DNA of 64,000 bases from Cyanobacteria bacterium P01_F01_bin.150. Its GTDB lineage: Bacteria > Cyanobacteriota > Cyanobacteriia > CAKZMO01. The translations under genes and the position numbers were made by a program. The stretch is from NCBI GenBank assembly GCA_039189765.1, contig JBCCYL010000008.1, forward strand, positions 64,001-128,000, written 5' to 3'. The notes under the pieces were generated by a model, which was not told the origin of the DNA, searched no databases, and saw only the letters and a list, made by a program, of their open reading frames with translations. Below, piece after piece: positions 49,705-59,932 of this stretch (within the stretch, counting starts at the first letter, position 1; each line of letters begins with the position of its first letter).

Positions 49705-51042
49705 CTAACTCCCCTGCTCCTCTAATTCTTCCTGCCCAACAATCGCCATTCCATTCGATAATTTCAAAATCCCGGACACGACGATCGCATCTCCCGCTTC
49801 AAGCCCCTCTAGAACTTGGTATTGATTGCCTTGAATATCGCCTAATGTGACCGAACGCTGCTGAGCAATCAGCTTTGATTCGCCCGTTTCTTCATTGGTG
49901 GCATCGGTGACAACAAAAATAAATGGCTGTCCAGCCAATCGAGAAATGGCCGTGGCGGGCACCAGAACGCCAGAGCGCTGCTGCCAAATAATTGCGGCTT
50001 CTACCCGTTGATCATCGAAGAGAATATTCGTAGCATTTTCAAAAGAGGCTTCCACGGTCAGGGTTTGGGTCGCCGGGTTGACCTGAGGAGCAATAAAGCT
50101 GACCCGTCCAGTCACGCCTTGGTCATCCTCTGGAGAGCGTCTGATTTCTACAGGCAATCCTAAGCTGAGCCGATCACGATATTCAATGGGCACCGCAAGG
50201 GAAAGATCCAATGTTTGATTTTGAGTAATAGATGTCAACGCATCCCCTGTTTCCACATAGTCTCCCTGCTTTGTCACCATATCGCCAATCACGCCATTGA
50301 TAGGGGCCGTCACCAGGGTGTCTTGGAGATCGGCTTGCACAATGTTGACTTGAGATTGGGACTGGGATAACGCTGCCTCCGCCTCTTTGACCGACGCTTG
50401 GGATTCTTGAACTCTCTCGGTAGCAACATCAAGGGACGCGATCGCCCGTTCCCAATTGCGCGTCACCACATCTAGCTGCTGCTGAGACTCTGCCCCTTCC
50501 TCCACTAAATACTGAATCCGTTGAATTTCTTCCTCTTGGAGGGCGACTTCCGCTTCAGCCCTAACTTTTTCGGCCTCAGCGGTACGCACCTGTGCTTCAG
50601 CATTGGTCACAGCAGCCCGAGCAATACGAGTGTTGGCGATCGCCGTATTCACCTCTGCCTGACTACGATCGGGACTAAGACGCAGAATTGGATCCCCCAC
50701 CGATACCGTATCACCAGAATCAACAAAGATATTCACGATCTGACCATCCATTTCAGGCTTGAGGACAACCCCTTGTTGAGCGTCTAAAGTACCGATAAAG
50801 CTGGAGCGATCCTCTAAAGTACTTGTCTCTAGCGCCAAAATATCTACGGGAACGGGGCCAGTTTCCATCGTGGGCTGGGGCCGCGATCGCCCAAACACCC
50901 ACCAAAGAGCCGCTAAGCTCCCTAGCAACACAGCAATCAGAATGGTCCATACCCAGTTAGCAGTTTGAGAGGTTCGGTGCAAAGCTGATGATGAAGATAC
51001 GTCCACCTGAAGGTGGCTAGATTGGGCATGTGATAGTTTCAT
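49705..51042 (-). CDS. RND periplasmic adaptor (membrane fusion protein)
   Basis: N-terminal TM, lipoyl half-motifs, coiled coil, APING, V..GL..GD.IV..G. Confidence 0.93.
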   Translation of the reverse strand: MKLSHAQSSHLQVDVSSSSALHRTSQTANWVWTILIAVLLGSLAALWWVFGRSRPQPTMETGPVPVDILALETSTLEDRSSFIGTLDAQQGVVLKPEMDGQIVNIFVDSGDTVSVGDPILRLSPDRSQAEVNTAIANTRIARAAVTNAEAQVRTAEAEKVRAEAEVALQEEEIQRIQYLVEEGAESQQQLDVVTRNWERAIASLDVATERVQESQASVKEAEAALSQSQSQVNIVQADLQDTLVTAPINGVIGDMVTKQGDYVETGDALTSITQNQTLDLSLAVPIEYRDRLSLGLPVEIRRSPEDDQGVTGRVSFIAPQVNPATQTLTVEASFENATNILFDDQRVEAAIIWQQRSGVLVPATAISRLAGQPFIFVVTDATNEETGESKLIAQQRSVTLGDIQGNQYQVLEGLEAGDAIVVSGILKLSNGMAIVGQEELEEQGS

Positions 51043-51172
51043 TATTGAGATGGTTTGAGTGGGAATGAAGAGATACTGCCCCCATAGTTGCCATGAAGCT
51101 GGGCAGTAAACATCCCCCAAAAGGCTTAAGTTTCATATCAATGTTACAGAACTCCAACCCAAATTTACCAAA

Positions 51173-51252
51173 GAGTATCAGCTCTAAGCAGGTAATGGGG
51201 GCACTTCACGTCCCCACCGCCGTTAAATTTGTTTCGCCTTAAAATGAAACCC
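51173..51252 (-). mobile_element. Family A element
   Basis: GAGTATCAGCTCTAAGC...TTTCGCCTTAAAATGAAACCC, 80 bp. Confidence 0.72.
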
Positions 51253-51441
51253 CGACAAAAAAAGTAGAATAGATAAAAATACTTAGTGGCCCCTAAGCGA
51301 ACGTTAACAAACAGCGTTTTCTATAAATCCAAACGTTGCCTACATTCTGATACCCTTTCCAGAATCGTCACAAAGAAGAACTTTTAGTTGTTATGCATCA
51401 ACAAAATTGCCCTTGCCCTCCTTTCAATATAGTCAAGTAAT

Positions 51442-52938
51442 ATGAGTGCAGCTTATACTCGTCTCAACCAAGCAGTAGCGAAGTGCAAAGAGACTCTTTT
51501 AGGACCTGACGGTTGGTATGATGCCTGCATGCGAGTCAGCAATATTTTGACAAGCATGGGGCGCTTTAATGAAGCGTCTCAATGGCATTCAATGGCCGTT
51601 GAGACAGAACCTAATCCTACCCAGTTTCATGCCAAAGTCGCTGTACTTTACGTCATTCAGGAAGAATGGGACGAAGCAATCAATTGGTACAGTCAACTCT
51701 TAGAAATCAATCCGCAATATGCAGAAGCCCATCGTAATTTGGCACAGATTTATTCCCGTTTAGGAGATACTGATAACGAGGTCATTCACTGGTATGAGTT
51801 TTTGTCTCATAAACCGGAATTAGGAACTCCCGAAGGCCATGTCAAACTGGGTGACTCGCTTCAAGAACAAGGCAAATTTGAGCAGGCAGCCATTTGTTAT
51901 GAGCGAGCAATCGTTGCCAAGGATCAGTATTGGCAAGCGTATGATGCGTTAGCTGAACTACGAAGCAAACAAAAGCGATGGAATGATGTTGCTGATTGCT
52001 ACCAGCGCATGCTGGAACAAGACCCCAGCAAAGTAGAAGTTCACTACAATCTTGGCAAGGTATGGCTCCAGCAAAAGCACTATGACAGAGCGATCGCCAA
52101 ATTTAGAGAAATCAATACACTAGACCCAACGTTTTCCCAAGCATATCAAAGCTTAGTCCAATGCTTGGTGGAAAGGGAGCAATGGGATGACGTTGTTTCC
52201 ACCTGTCGTTCTGCCACTAATTCGATCGAAGATTTGCCCTGGGCATATCGTCAAATGGGTCGAGCATTGGCGCAGAAAGGTGAAGAAAAGGAGGCGATCG
52301 CAGCCTACCAGCAAGTCTTTCAACTCCATGGATGGGAGGAGTGCTCCAAAAACGACTATCAGGTTATTGACGACTACTTTAGTGACCAAATTCCCCTATG
52401 GCAGAAACATTTACAGCCCTTGATCAAGCAAGAAGGAGGGGCAGCGCTAGTGATAGGTAGCCAGCAAGGCATTATCCCTTGTTGGTTATTGGATAAAGTT
52501 TTGACCCATATGTCTGATGAATTATTTTGTGTTGATCAGGCTTTTTCTAAAGCCTTTGACCAAAACATTAATCAAACGAGCGGGCTAGAGAAAATTGTTT
52601 GCCTTGAAGGACAGCCACTTTCCCTACTGCCAGAGTTACCCAGTGACTGCTTTGACCTCATTGTTGTTCAGGAGCGACGACGAAAAGCAGACTATACTCA
52701 GCAGGAAATGGACTTATGCTGGCCTTTACTGAAAACAGGAGGAGTAGTAATCGTCCAGGAATATAGCTGGGAGCATCCAGGGGGTCCACAGCATTCTCCC
52801 AAAGCAGGAGTAGATAGTTTTTTAAAAACCATCAAGGGTCAGTTTGACATCTTATCCCAGGAACATCAGCTTATTTTTAAGAAAAAAGCCCTGAGTGTTG
52901 TTTTCTCGCCGCTGCGCGGGGGAAAAGCCCTGTTCTAG
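51442..52938 (+). CDS. TPR protein with C-terminal class I methyltransferase-like domain
   Basis: About 8 TPRs, then DYFS..IP.W, CWLL, WPLLK.GG, PK.GVD.FL. Confidence 0.85.
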   Translation: MSAAYTRLNQAVAKCKETLLGPDGWYDACMRVSNILTSMGRFNEASQWHSMAVETEPNPTQFHAKVAVLYVIQEEWDEAINWYSQLLEINPQYAEAHRNLAQIYSRLGDTDNEVIHWYEFLSHKPELGTPEGHVKLGDSLQEQGKFEQAAICYERAIVAKDQYWQAYDALAELRSKQKRWNDVADCYQRMLEQDPSKVEVHYNLGKVWLQQKHYDRAIAKFREINTLDPTFSQAYQSLVQCLVEREQWDDVVSTCRSATNSIEDLPWAYRQMGRALAQKGEEKEAIAAYQQVFQLHGWEECSKNDYQVIDDYFSDQIPLWQKHLQPLIKQEGGAALVIGSQQGIIPCWLLDKVLTHMSDELFCVDQAFSKAFDQNINQTSGLEKIVCLEGQPLSLLPELPSDCFDLIVVQERRRKADYTQQEMDLCWPLLKTGGVVIVQEYSWEHPGGPQHSPKAGVDSFLKTIKGQFDILSQEHQLIFKKKALSVVFSPLRGGKALF

Positions 52939-52983
52939 AATCTGACTTAAAACCGATCAACTGATTAAATACTGGCAATACTG

Positions 52984-53352
52984 ATGAAAACAGAATATCG
53001 AGTTTTACAGCGACTCTCACTTCTAGGTGCCTGTGTCATATTTGGTTCGGTACAGGGCTGTCGGATTGGCTCTCGTTCTATTGAGTCACTCCAAGAAATA
53101 CATCAGTATCCCACTACGGTTACTGTAGAGGGAATAGTGGGCGATCGCGTCCCCCTCGTTAATCAATATCTGTATGAGCTAGAGGATGCATCGGGTACGA
53201 TTTGGGTGCAAAGCGCTGGCGATATCTCGAATATGGCGGCCCAACAGCGCATCCAGGTCAAAGGTAAGCTTCAACACTACTCAATGCCAGAATTTGGCAG
53301 CGGCTATGGTGAACTTTTGATTAAAGAGTTAAGCCATCAGGTAATAGAGTAA
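52984..53352 (+). CDS. Putative OB-fold lipoprotein
   Basis: Lipobox VQGC; V.VEG.V...VP.....YEL.D.SGTIWV. Confidence 0.7.
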   Translation: MKTEYRVLQRLSLLGACVIFGSVQGCRIGSRSIESLQEIHQYPTTVTVEGIVGDRVPLVNQYLYELEDASGTIWVQSAGDISNMAAQQRIQVKGKLQHYSMPEFGSGYGELLIKELSHQVIE

Positions 53353-53385
53353 TAGCCTATGATAGGCTAAAGTGCCTATTTTTTA

Positions 53386-53464
53386 GGAGTTCGCTTTAAG
53401 GCGAGGCAAGATCAGCGGTAGCGTAGGTGTTCGTTCTCACGCTACCCGCTTTAGTTTAATGCCC
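53386..53464 (+). mobile_element. Family A element upstream of lysC
   Basis: GGAGTTCGCTTTAAGGCGA...CCCGCTTTAGTTTAATGCCC; stem GGTAGCGT/ACGCTACC. Confidence 0.65.
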
Positions 53465-53492
53465 ATTTTGGGGAATGTTCTGGGGGGAAAGC

Positions 53493-55337
53493 ATGGCGTT
53501 AGTAGTTCAGAAATATGGTGGCACATCCGTTGGTTCAGTGGAGCGGATTCAAGCCGTTGCTGAGCGAGTGGTCAACACTGCTAAAGCTGGTCAATCAGTG
53601 GTCGTTGTAGTGTCGGCGATGGGTAAGAGCACGGATACTCTGGTGGACCTAGCCAATCAAATTTCCTCCAATCCCAGCCACCGGGAAATGGATATGCTGC
53701 TGTCCACTGGTGAGCAAGTCTCCATCGCCCTGCTGAGTATGGCCATCCAAGAACTAGGTCATCCGGCTGTTTCCCTCACTGGAGCACAGGTCGGCATTGT
53801 TACCGAAACAGCCCACACCCGCGCTCGAATTCTCAAAATCAAAACCGATCGGCTCCAGCGCTATTTAGGCGAGGGAAAAGTAGTTGTAGTTGCCGGATTT
53901 CAGGGAATTGCCCAAAGTGACGATCTGGAAATTACCACCCTCGGTCGCGGCGGTTCCGATACCTCAGCAGTGGCGTTGGCCGCTTCTCTAGCTGCTGATG
54001 CTTGCGAAATTTACACGGATGTTCCCGGCATCCTGACCACTGACCCCCGGATTGTCCCCGATGCTCAACTGATGCCAGAAATCACCTCCGATGAAATGCT
54101 AGAGTTAGCCAGCTTGGGGGCCAGCGTCCTTCATCCCCGCGCGGTGGAAATTGCCCGTAATTATGGGGTGACTCTAGTGGTGCGATCAAGCTGGAGTGAT
54201 GAGCCAGGGACAAAAGTCATTTCCCCTGCGGCCCAGGAGCGATCATTGGAAGGACTGGAATTATCCCAGGCGGTAGATGCAGTGGAATTAGATCGAAGCC
54301 AAGCTAAAGTTGCCTTGCTCCATGTTCCTGATCGCCCTGGTATTGCCGCTCAGCTATTTGGAGATGTGGCAGAAAAGGGTTTGGATGTGGATTTAATTAT
54401 TCAGTCCATCCATGACGGCAACACCAATGATATTGCGTTTACGATCAACCGAGACTGCCTAGAAAAAGCAGAAGCGTTAACAAAGGCTATTGCTCCTACG
54501 TTGCATCAAACGCCCACGACTCCCAATAAAGCAGACGTGTTGTCTGAACCTCAAATCACCAAGGTCAGCATCGTTGGTGCCGGGATGATTGGCCGACCTG
54601 GGGTGGCCGCTAAGATGTTTTCGGCCTTGGCCCATGCTGAAGTTAATATTCAAATGATTTCCACCTCTGAGGTCAAGGTTAGCTGTACCATTGACGCACA
54701 GGACTGCGATCGCGCTGTTACAATCCTCTGCGACACTTTTAATATTGCCCATTCTCCCATTCCCGCCGCATCTGCAATTTATGCTAAATCCGGCCAGCCA
54801 TTGGCACCGACGTCGAGAAATTCAACTCCAGTGGTGCGAGGTGCTGCCTTAGATCGGAAACAGGCCCGAGTCGCGATTCGCCATATTCCCAATCGTCCTG
54901 GCATGGCCGCTCGAATTTTCGAACTATTGGCAGAGCATCACATTAGCGTAGACACCATTATCCAGTCCCAGCGTTGCCAGATGGACAGCGATCAGCCCGC
55001 CGATATCGCCTTTACTGTGGCCCAGGGAGATTCAGAAAAAGCCAAAGAGCTATTGAGCAGCATTGCCCCTGATTTAGGCTGTGCCCCTGATGATATTGCT
55101 GTGGATGAGGCGATCGCCAAGGTCAGCGTTGTCGGCATCGGCATGATTAGCCAGCCAGGGGTTGCTGCGAAGATGTTTGAAGCCCTATCCCAAGAAAATA
55201 TCAATATTCAGATGATTACCACTTCTGAAATCAAAATAAGCTGCGTGGTATCGGAGGATCAGGGCGTGGATGCACTGAAGTTAGTGCATGCAGCCTTTGG
55301 CCTGTCGGGGTCTTCCGTTGTGACGGTCCCTGCATAA
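53493..55337 (+). CDS. lysC: Aspartate kinase (cyanobacterial type, four ACT domains)
   Basis: [31 protein letters not shown], duplicated ACT pairs. Confidence 0.96.
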   Translation: MALVVQKYGGTSVGSVERIQAVAERVVNTAKAGQSVVVVVSAMGKSTDTLVDLANQISSNPSHREMDMLLSTGEQVSIALLSMAIQELGHPAVSLTGAQVGIVTETAHTRARILKIKTDRLQRYLGEGKVVVVAGFQGIAQSDDLEITTLGRGGSDTSAVALAASLAADACEIYTDVPGILTTDPRIVPDAQLMPEITSDEMLELASLGASVLHPRAVEIARNYGVTLVVRSSWSDEPGTKVISPAAQERSLEGLELSQAVDAVELDRSQAKVALLHVPDRPGIAAQLFGDVAEKGLDVDLIIQSIHDGNTNDIAFTINRDCLEKAEALTKAIAPTLHQTPTTPNKADVLSEPQITKVSIVGAGMIGRPGVAAKMFSALAHAEVNIQMISTSEVKVSCTIDAQDCDRAVTILCDTFNIAHSPIPAASAIYAKSGQPLAPTSRNSTPVVRGAALDRKQARVAIRHIPNRPGMAARIFELLAEHHISVDTIIQSQRCQMDSDQPADIAFTVAQGDSEKAKELLSSIAPDLGCAPDDIAVDEAIAKVSVVGIGMISQPGVAAKMFEALSQENINIQMITTSEIKISCVVSEDQGVDALKLVHAAFGLSGSSVVTVPA

Positions 55338-55368
55338 TCTAACAATCAAACCTGGCAGATGGCCTGCT

Positions 55369-56103
55369 CTATCGCGCCAGCTCCCTATTTACCTTGTTAA
55401 TACACTTCCATTCCGTGAGCTTACTCTTAATCTCTTGAGGAGGATTATCCAACTCCTCAGGCGATCGCATTCGTAACTTCCCCGTCAATTTGTAATCAGC
55501 CATTCCAACATATTCCCGCAATAGCCGCCGCCACCGCTCTCGTTTTCCCAGTGATTCCAAGTCAGGGGGAATAATATGAGGCACTACTTCAAACCCCATA
55601 CTTTGAAACACGGAGCGCGATCGCAACATATGCCTGGCATCCGTCACCAATAAAATATTTTTTGTGCCTTTGTCGCGCAATACGGCTGAGGTAAACAAGG
55701 CATTTTCTTCCGTAGTCTGGGAACATTCTTCACCAGCTAGGGCTGCGGGAGGAATGCCATATTCCTCCTTCAGGACCTTGGCCATGGCTTGAGCGTCGAG
55801 CATACCACTGAGAAAAATATTGGATGCTCGCTCCTCTTGCCACAAGCTCCAGGCCACAGCCATTCTCTCGGGGCGAGCCTGTTCTCCTCGCCCCAAAACA
55901 ACAATGGTATCAACGCGATCGCCCGAGTCTGTGGGCAACGTTGCCGTTAACCCAGAAGTCAACAAATTAATAAACACGTCTGAGGTAAATAATAGGAGGC
56001 TAATCACAACCACAGCCAAGGGTTGAATAAGCCATCGTCTTCGACGCTTGGGGCTGACCAACCACAGGACCCATAAAACGGCCATACAAATCAGGATACC
56101 CAT
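55369..56103 (-). CDS. YdcF/DUF218 family protein
   Basis: IVVLGRG, E..S.TT.ENA, LVT...HM.RS...F, REY. Confidence 0.88.
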   Translation of the reverse strand: MGILICMAVLWVLWLVSPKRRRRWLIQPLAVVVISLLLFTSDVFINLLTSGLTATLPTDSGDRVDTIVVLGRGEQARPERMAVAWSLWQEERASNIFLSGMLDAQAMAKVLKEEYGIPPAALAGEECSQTTEENALFTSAVLRDKGTKNILLVTDARHMLRSRSVFQSMGFEVVPHIIPPDLESLGKRERWRRLLREYVGMADYKLTGKLRMRSPEELDNPPQEIKSKLTEWKCINKVNRELAR

Positions 56104-56246
56104 GGCGATTGACTAAATCTGATTAAAGGTTACAACTTAAAAATCTACTCGAAAAAAGCAGTAGCAACTACCCAGATTCACTACAGTATCGCTGTCGTCT
56201 CCTCTAAAGGGTAGCATTCAATCGATGGAACCCACCAATGGTTCAC

Positions 56247-56321
56247 TAGTGCAGCGTCAAACCTAAAAATTAGGGTAAATCCCTGTGGGATTTACCCTAA
56301 AACTAAGACCTAATAGAACTA
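56247..56321. repeat. Family C element, copy 2
   Basis: TAGTGC..TCAAACC..AATTAGGGTAAATCCC-TGT-GGGATTTACCCTAA. Confidence 0.6.
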
Positions 56322-56457
56322 ATATTCTAAGACAGAGACGTTTGAGGGCGATCGCACCTCTCACACGAACGTCCTAACCAATGCGACTATGATCATCAAT
56401 AGCCATAAATAGACTTTCAAGGGATAATCTATCTGCCAACCATTTGTTCTAATACCC

Positions 56458-57117
56458 ATGGCAAATGCTAAACCGATCAAAGTTGGCGATTCCGTTGCCG
56501 TGCGCACCGGAGTCAATAATCCTGATTTTGGCACCGATATTGGCGGATGGCAGGGAAGAGTGTCAGAGATCAACTCAGAGTCTCAGATCGCACTGATTGA
56601 CCTTGACAGCATCACGTTAAAAAACATGCCAGATGCCTACATTACCAAATGTGAAGAGGATGGCCTGGGCTGGAATTAAATCTACCTGGAGATGACAGAG
56701 CTTAGATTAACCATCGAGCGCGATACACAGGAAGATGTTGAACAAGCCCTTGACGATTTAGACAATCAGCATGCCTATGACTACTTGGGAGAAGACATTC
56801 GTGAGATTCTCAAAGGAGTAGATCTGAGTGATGAAATGGAGGTGATAGACGCCTGGAATGACTATTTGGAGGACAATCTTAAATTTCCGTTTGATGCTTT
56901 TATTGCTGAACCCCAAGATAGAGGTCCCCTCAAAGGAGGGCAGACAGTTCGCGTCAAGGCTATTTTTGATGTGGATGATTTGTATGGCATCTTGGGTGCG
57001 ATAACCCATCAACGGAAGACGTTTCATTTTCCTCTGTGTGATCTGGAGGCAAAGGATAAGAAATCCAGCAACTATCAGGTTTTAAAAAATTATGTAGTCT
57101 GGTTTGCCAATCGCTAA
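56458..57117 (+). pseudogene. CcbP-like calcium-binding protein interrupted by an in-frame TAA
   Basis: ORFs 56458-56679 and 56692-57117 share a frame (W-N-*-I-Y-L-E-M); C-terminal W..YL...L.FPF.A...FPL.DLE...N.Q....Y.VWFAN. Confidence 0.75.
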
Positions 57118-57197
57118 CTCCAAAATCCCTCCTTCCCAACGGGACACTGAAAAGTCCGCCTGAGCCAGACTCCGACTGGGCACCAGGAGCCAAAAAA

Positions 57198-58413
57198 GCC
57201 AATATCGGCATCGACCAGATCCAAGCCGCCATTCACCAAGAAACCGATCGCCTCGAACACCTGCGTACCCCATTTCCCAGTAGCTGGTCCGCCATTAAAG
57301 ACCGACTAGCCGATATGGATGAAAACTATATCCCCTTTGAAAAATACCGAGATATCTGTAACCAAGATGGTGAAACCGACTCCAGCCATCAAGACTCCCT
57401 GGCCGTCCATCTCCACAGCCTTGGCATCGCCCTCAACGACAAAGACGACCCCCGCCTCCGCGATACCCACGTCCTAAATCCTCACTGGGTCAACAACGGC
57501 ATCTATACCCTGCTTAACGTCCACGAGCTGGCCGACACCAACGGCGAACTAGAATCTGCATGCCTCTCCCGCACCCTAGACACCACGAACTATCCCCCTG
57601 AACGCCACGGCTTTTTGCTGGACCTGATGCGAAAATTTGAGCTATGCTTTCGCTTCCAGGAAGACGATCACCGCTACCTGATTCCCGACCTACTGGATAA
57701 ACAGCAGCCCGCTGTCACTGCCGACAGTAATCCAGCCGAATGCCTCAACTTCCGCTACGAATATCCCATCCTGCCAGCAGGATTACTGCCCCGCTTTATC
57801 GTCCGTACCCATATTCTTAGTGCCCCCACCCTGCGCTGGCGCACCGGAGTGATTCTGGAGTTTGAGGGCAATCGCGCTCTAGTAAGGGGCGATCGCCAAC
57901 AGCGCTCCGTCTCCATCAATATCCAAGGCCCCGCCCATAGCCGTCGTCGCCTCCTAGCAATTATTTGCTCCGACTTCGATCGTATCCACAGCAGCTTTAA
58001 ATTTACCCCCACCAAACGGGTACCCATCCCCGGCAATTCCACCGTTACCGTCAGCTATGAAGAACTGCTGGCCAGAGAAAAGCAAGGACGTAAATCTTTC
58101 GACGTATTATCTCGGCAACGACGAACTGCTGGCACTCAACGTTCAGGATCTGCTCAACGGCGTGGATTTAGAGGGCAGCCGAGACCGGGCATCTCGTCGC
58201 GATCGCGACACCTGGGACGACCGTCATCGGCGGGGCATGATTTGGGTCATTCCGATTATTGTGCGGCCCTTGGACTGGCAAGGCACTCCCTTTGGCGACC
58301 TCAAATCTGTGCCATCGAATGGGAAGGCGGTAACGACGTGGGGCAATCGCGATGCTGCTTGGTTCGATGTAGAAACGGGGATCAAACGGGCGATCGAATC
58401 TCTTCACGCCTAA
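57198..58413 (+). pseudogene. Remnant of an (LRR-)Roc-COR-TIR protein
   Basis: Roc end/COR (GIDQI...FPSSW.AIK.RL, LH.LG, VLNPHWV..GIY, FELCF, LP.GLLPRFIVR, WRTGV.L); frameshift near 58105-58111; TIR tail VIPII.RP.DW..TPF..L...P..GK.VT.W.NRD.AW. Confidence 0.8.
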
Positions 58414-59405
58414 ACATGAGGATGATGCACCACCGTAGTAGGCAACACAGATAGACTTTGGGCAGAAGGGGGATGGACTTGATTTAAAGCCCATTCGGCC
58501 GTAGCGCGAACCTCTGGGTCTTCATCGGCAATCGCCTGGGCCAAAATTTGGTTGATATGTTCCATCGCTCGGTAGAGACGGGTAATATCCCGAATCGCAT
58601 TTTTCCGCACGTCCGCATTTTTATCCTGCAAAGACAGCATCAATGCCTGATTCATCGGAGTCAGCGTGCGAACCCCAATCTCCGACAGTGCCGCCAAAAT
58701 CAGACTTCGCTGCTGGGAATCTGAGTTAACCATGCTATCGACTAATGGCTGAACCGCAATAGGAGCGCCTAGCTGGCCTAACTCCCAAATGGCCTGTCGT
58801 CGGATCGCGCGATCGCGACTCTCTAGATTATTGAGAAGATATTCAATCGAACGATTCACCTGCAAACTGTGACCAGAACTAGCAGCCTTAGCCAGGATAG
58901 AAGAACGAGTTAATGTATCACAAGACACATTACGAACAGATATACCTTTAGAAGGCTGATGCCGAACCGCCAGGGAGGAAACGGTTACCACTGAAGATAA
59001 AGCAGCAGTGCGTTGGGAAGAAGTGACCGCAGACGCTCTGCTAGGTAAACCCACAACATTCCGATGGCTGTGTTCCGTCTGCCCAGCATCATGGCTCTTC
59101 AATACATAAGCACTAATTCCTGTACCAACTACAGCCGCTGATGCTAGCCAAATCCAGGGTAAAACTGATGGCCGTTGCTGCTGAGGTTCCACAACAGCCA
59201 AGGGCAAGACATCAGTTGCCGTTTGGTTGAGATCAGACAGCAACGGTTCAAAGGTCTGTACGATAAAATCTGATGCTCGCTTCTCCTCAAACAAAGAAAT
59301 AGATAAAAGAGGAAAATGAATAGAGGCGGAGTCCTGGAGCGAAACTCCCATCCAATGGCTACACACCAGCAAGAGTGATAGAACGATACGATCCAACATG
59401 GCCAT
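58410..59405 (-). CDS. HEAT-repeat membrane-anchored protein
   Basis: TM segment, then RRQAIWELG, L.D.NADVRKNAI, D.DPEVRATA.WAL. Confidence 0.85.
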   Translation of the reverse strand: MAMLDRIVLSLLLVCSHWMGVSLQDSASIHFPLLSISLFEEKRASDFIVQTFEPLLSDLNQTATDVLPLAVVEPQQQRPSVLPWIWLASAAVVGTGISAYVLKSHDAGQTEHSHRNVVGLPSRASAVTSSQRTAALSSVVTVSSLAVRHQPSKGISVRNVSCDTLTRSSILAKAASSGHSLQVNRSIEYLLNNLESRDRAIRRQAIWELGQLGAPIAVQPLVDSMVNSDSQQRSLILAALSEIGVRTLTPMNQALMLSLQDKNADVRKNAIRDITRLYRAMEHINQILAQAIADEDPEVRATAEWALNQVHPPSAQSLSVLPTTVVHHPHV

Positions 59406-59580
59406 GACTTATCCAAAACGACTTTCCGCATCGGCCCTATTGTTCCCATTTCCAAAAGGAATGCACTAAAAAGCCAAAAGGGTCTTCAGTAACGTTACGG
59501 AACCTAGCACTCCCCAAAGCCTGGATTCCACTTCCTATAGCCTTTTCAATCAATATCGGTCACATACAAACTCCATCACG

Positions 59581-59622
59581 GCTCAACGCTCAACGCTCAA
59601 TGCCCAACGCCCAACGCTCAAC
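59581..59622. repeat. Heptamer tandem repeat (GCYCAAY)x6
   Basis: GCTCAAC GCTCAAC GCTCAAT GCCCAAC GCCCAAC GCTCAAC. Confidence 0.85.
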
Positions 59623-59746
59623 ATGCGCCCCACGCCCCCCCCACGCCTAACTCTAACTTTCAGTAATGTTACGTATTACATCGCTGAAAATAAAGCACTT
59701 TGCTTCATCGTAAAATCAGATCTGAATCCCTACGTGCACTACCATT

Positions 59747-59932
59747 ATGAAATTCCCCCAGTCCTTCCTAATTCTTGGTTGCGGTGTAGCCTTGGGCATG
59801 GAAATTGCATTCCACGCAACTGAATGGATTTGGCAAGTCCTCAATTCCATTGATTCAGTATCTGAAAAAACTGGCAACGTTGTCTTTGTTATGCCTCCGC
59901 CTGCGGAATCTCAAACGATGAGAAATTTTTAA
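59747..59932 (+). CDS. Possible small membrane protein (61 aa)
   Basis: ATG start and hydrophobic N-terminus; fills the gap between divergent and convergent genes. Confidence 0.4.
   Translation: MKFPQSFLILGCGVALGMEIAFHATEWIWQVLNSIDSVSEKTGNVVFVMPPPAESQTMRNF

Noticed and set aside
53386..53464. Lysine riboswitch upstream of lysC
   Set aside because: Too short, and it matches the dispersed 80-bp element
57315..58454. Intact 379-aa protein
   Set aside because: The C-terminal third is out-of-frame sequence after a frameshift; the homologous reading continues in the 58057-58413 frame
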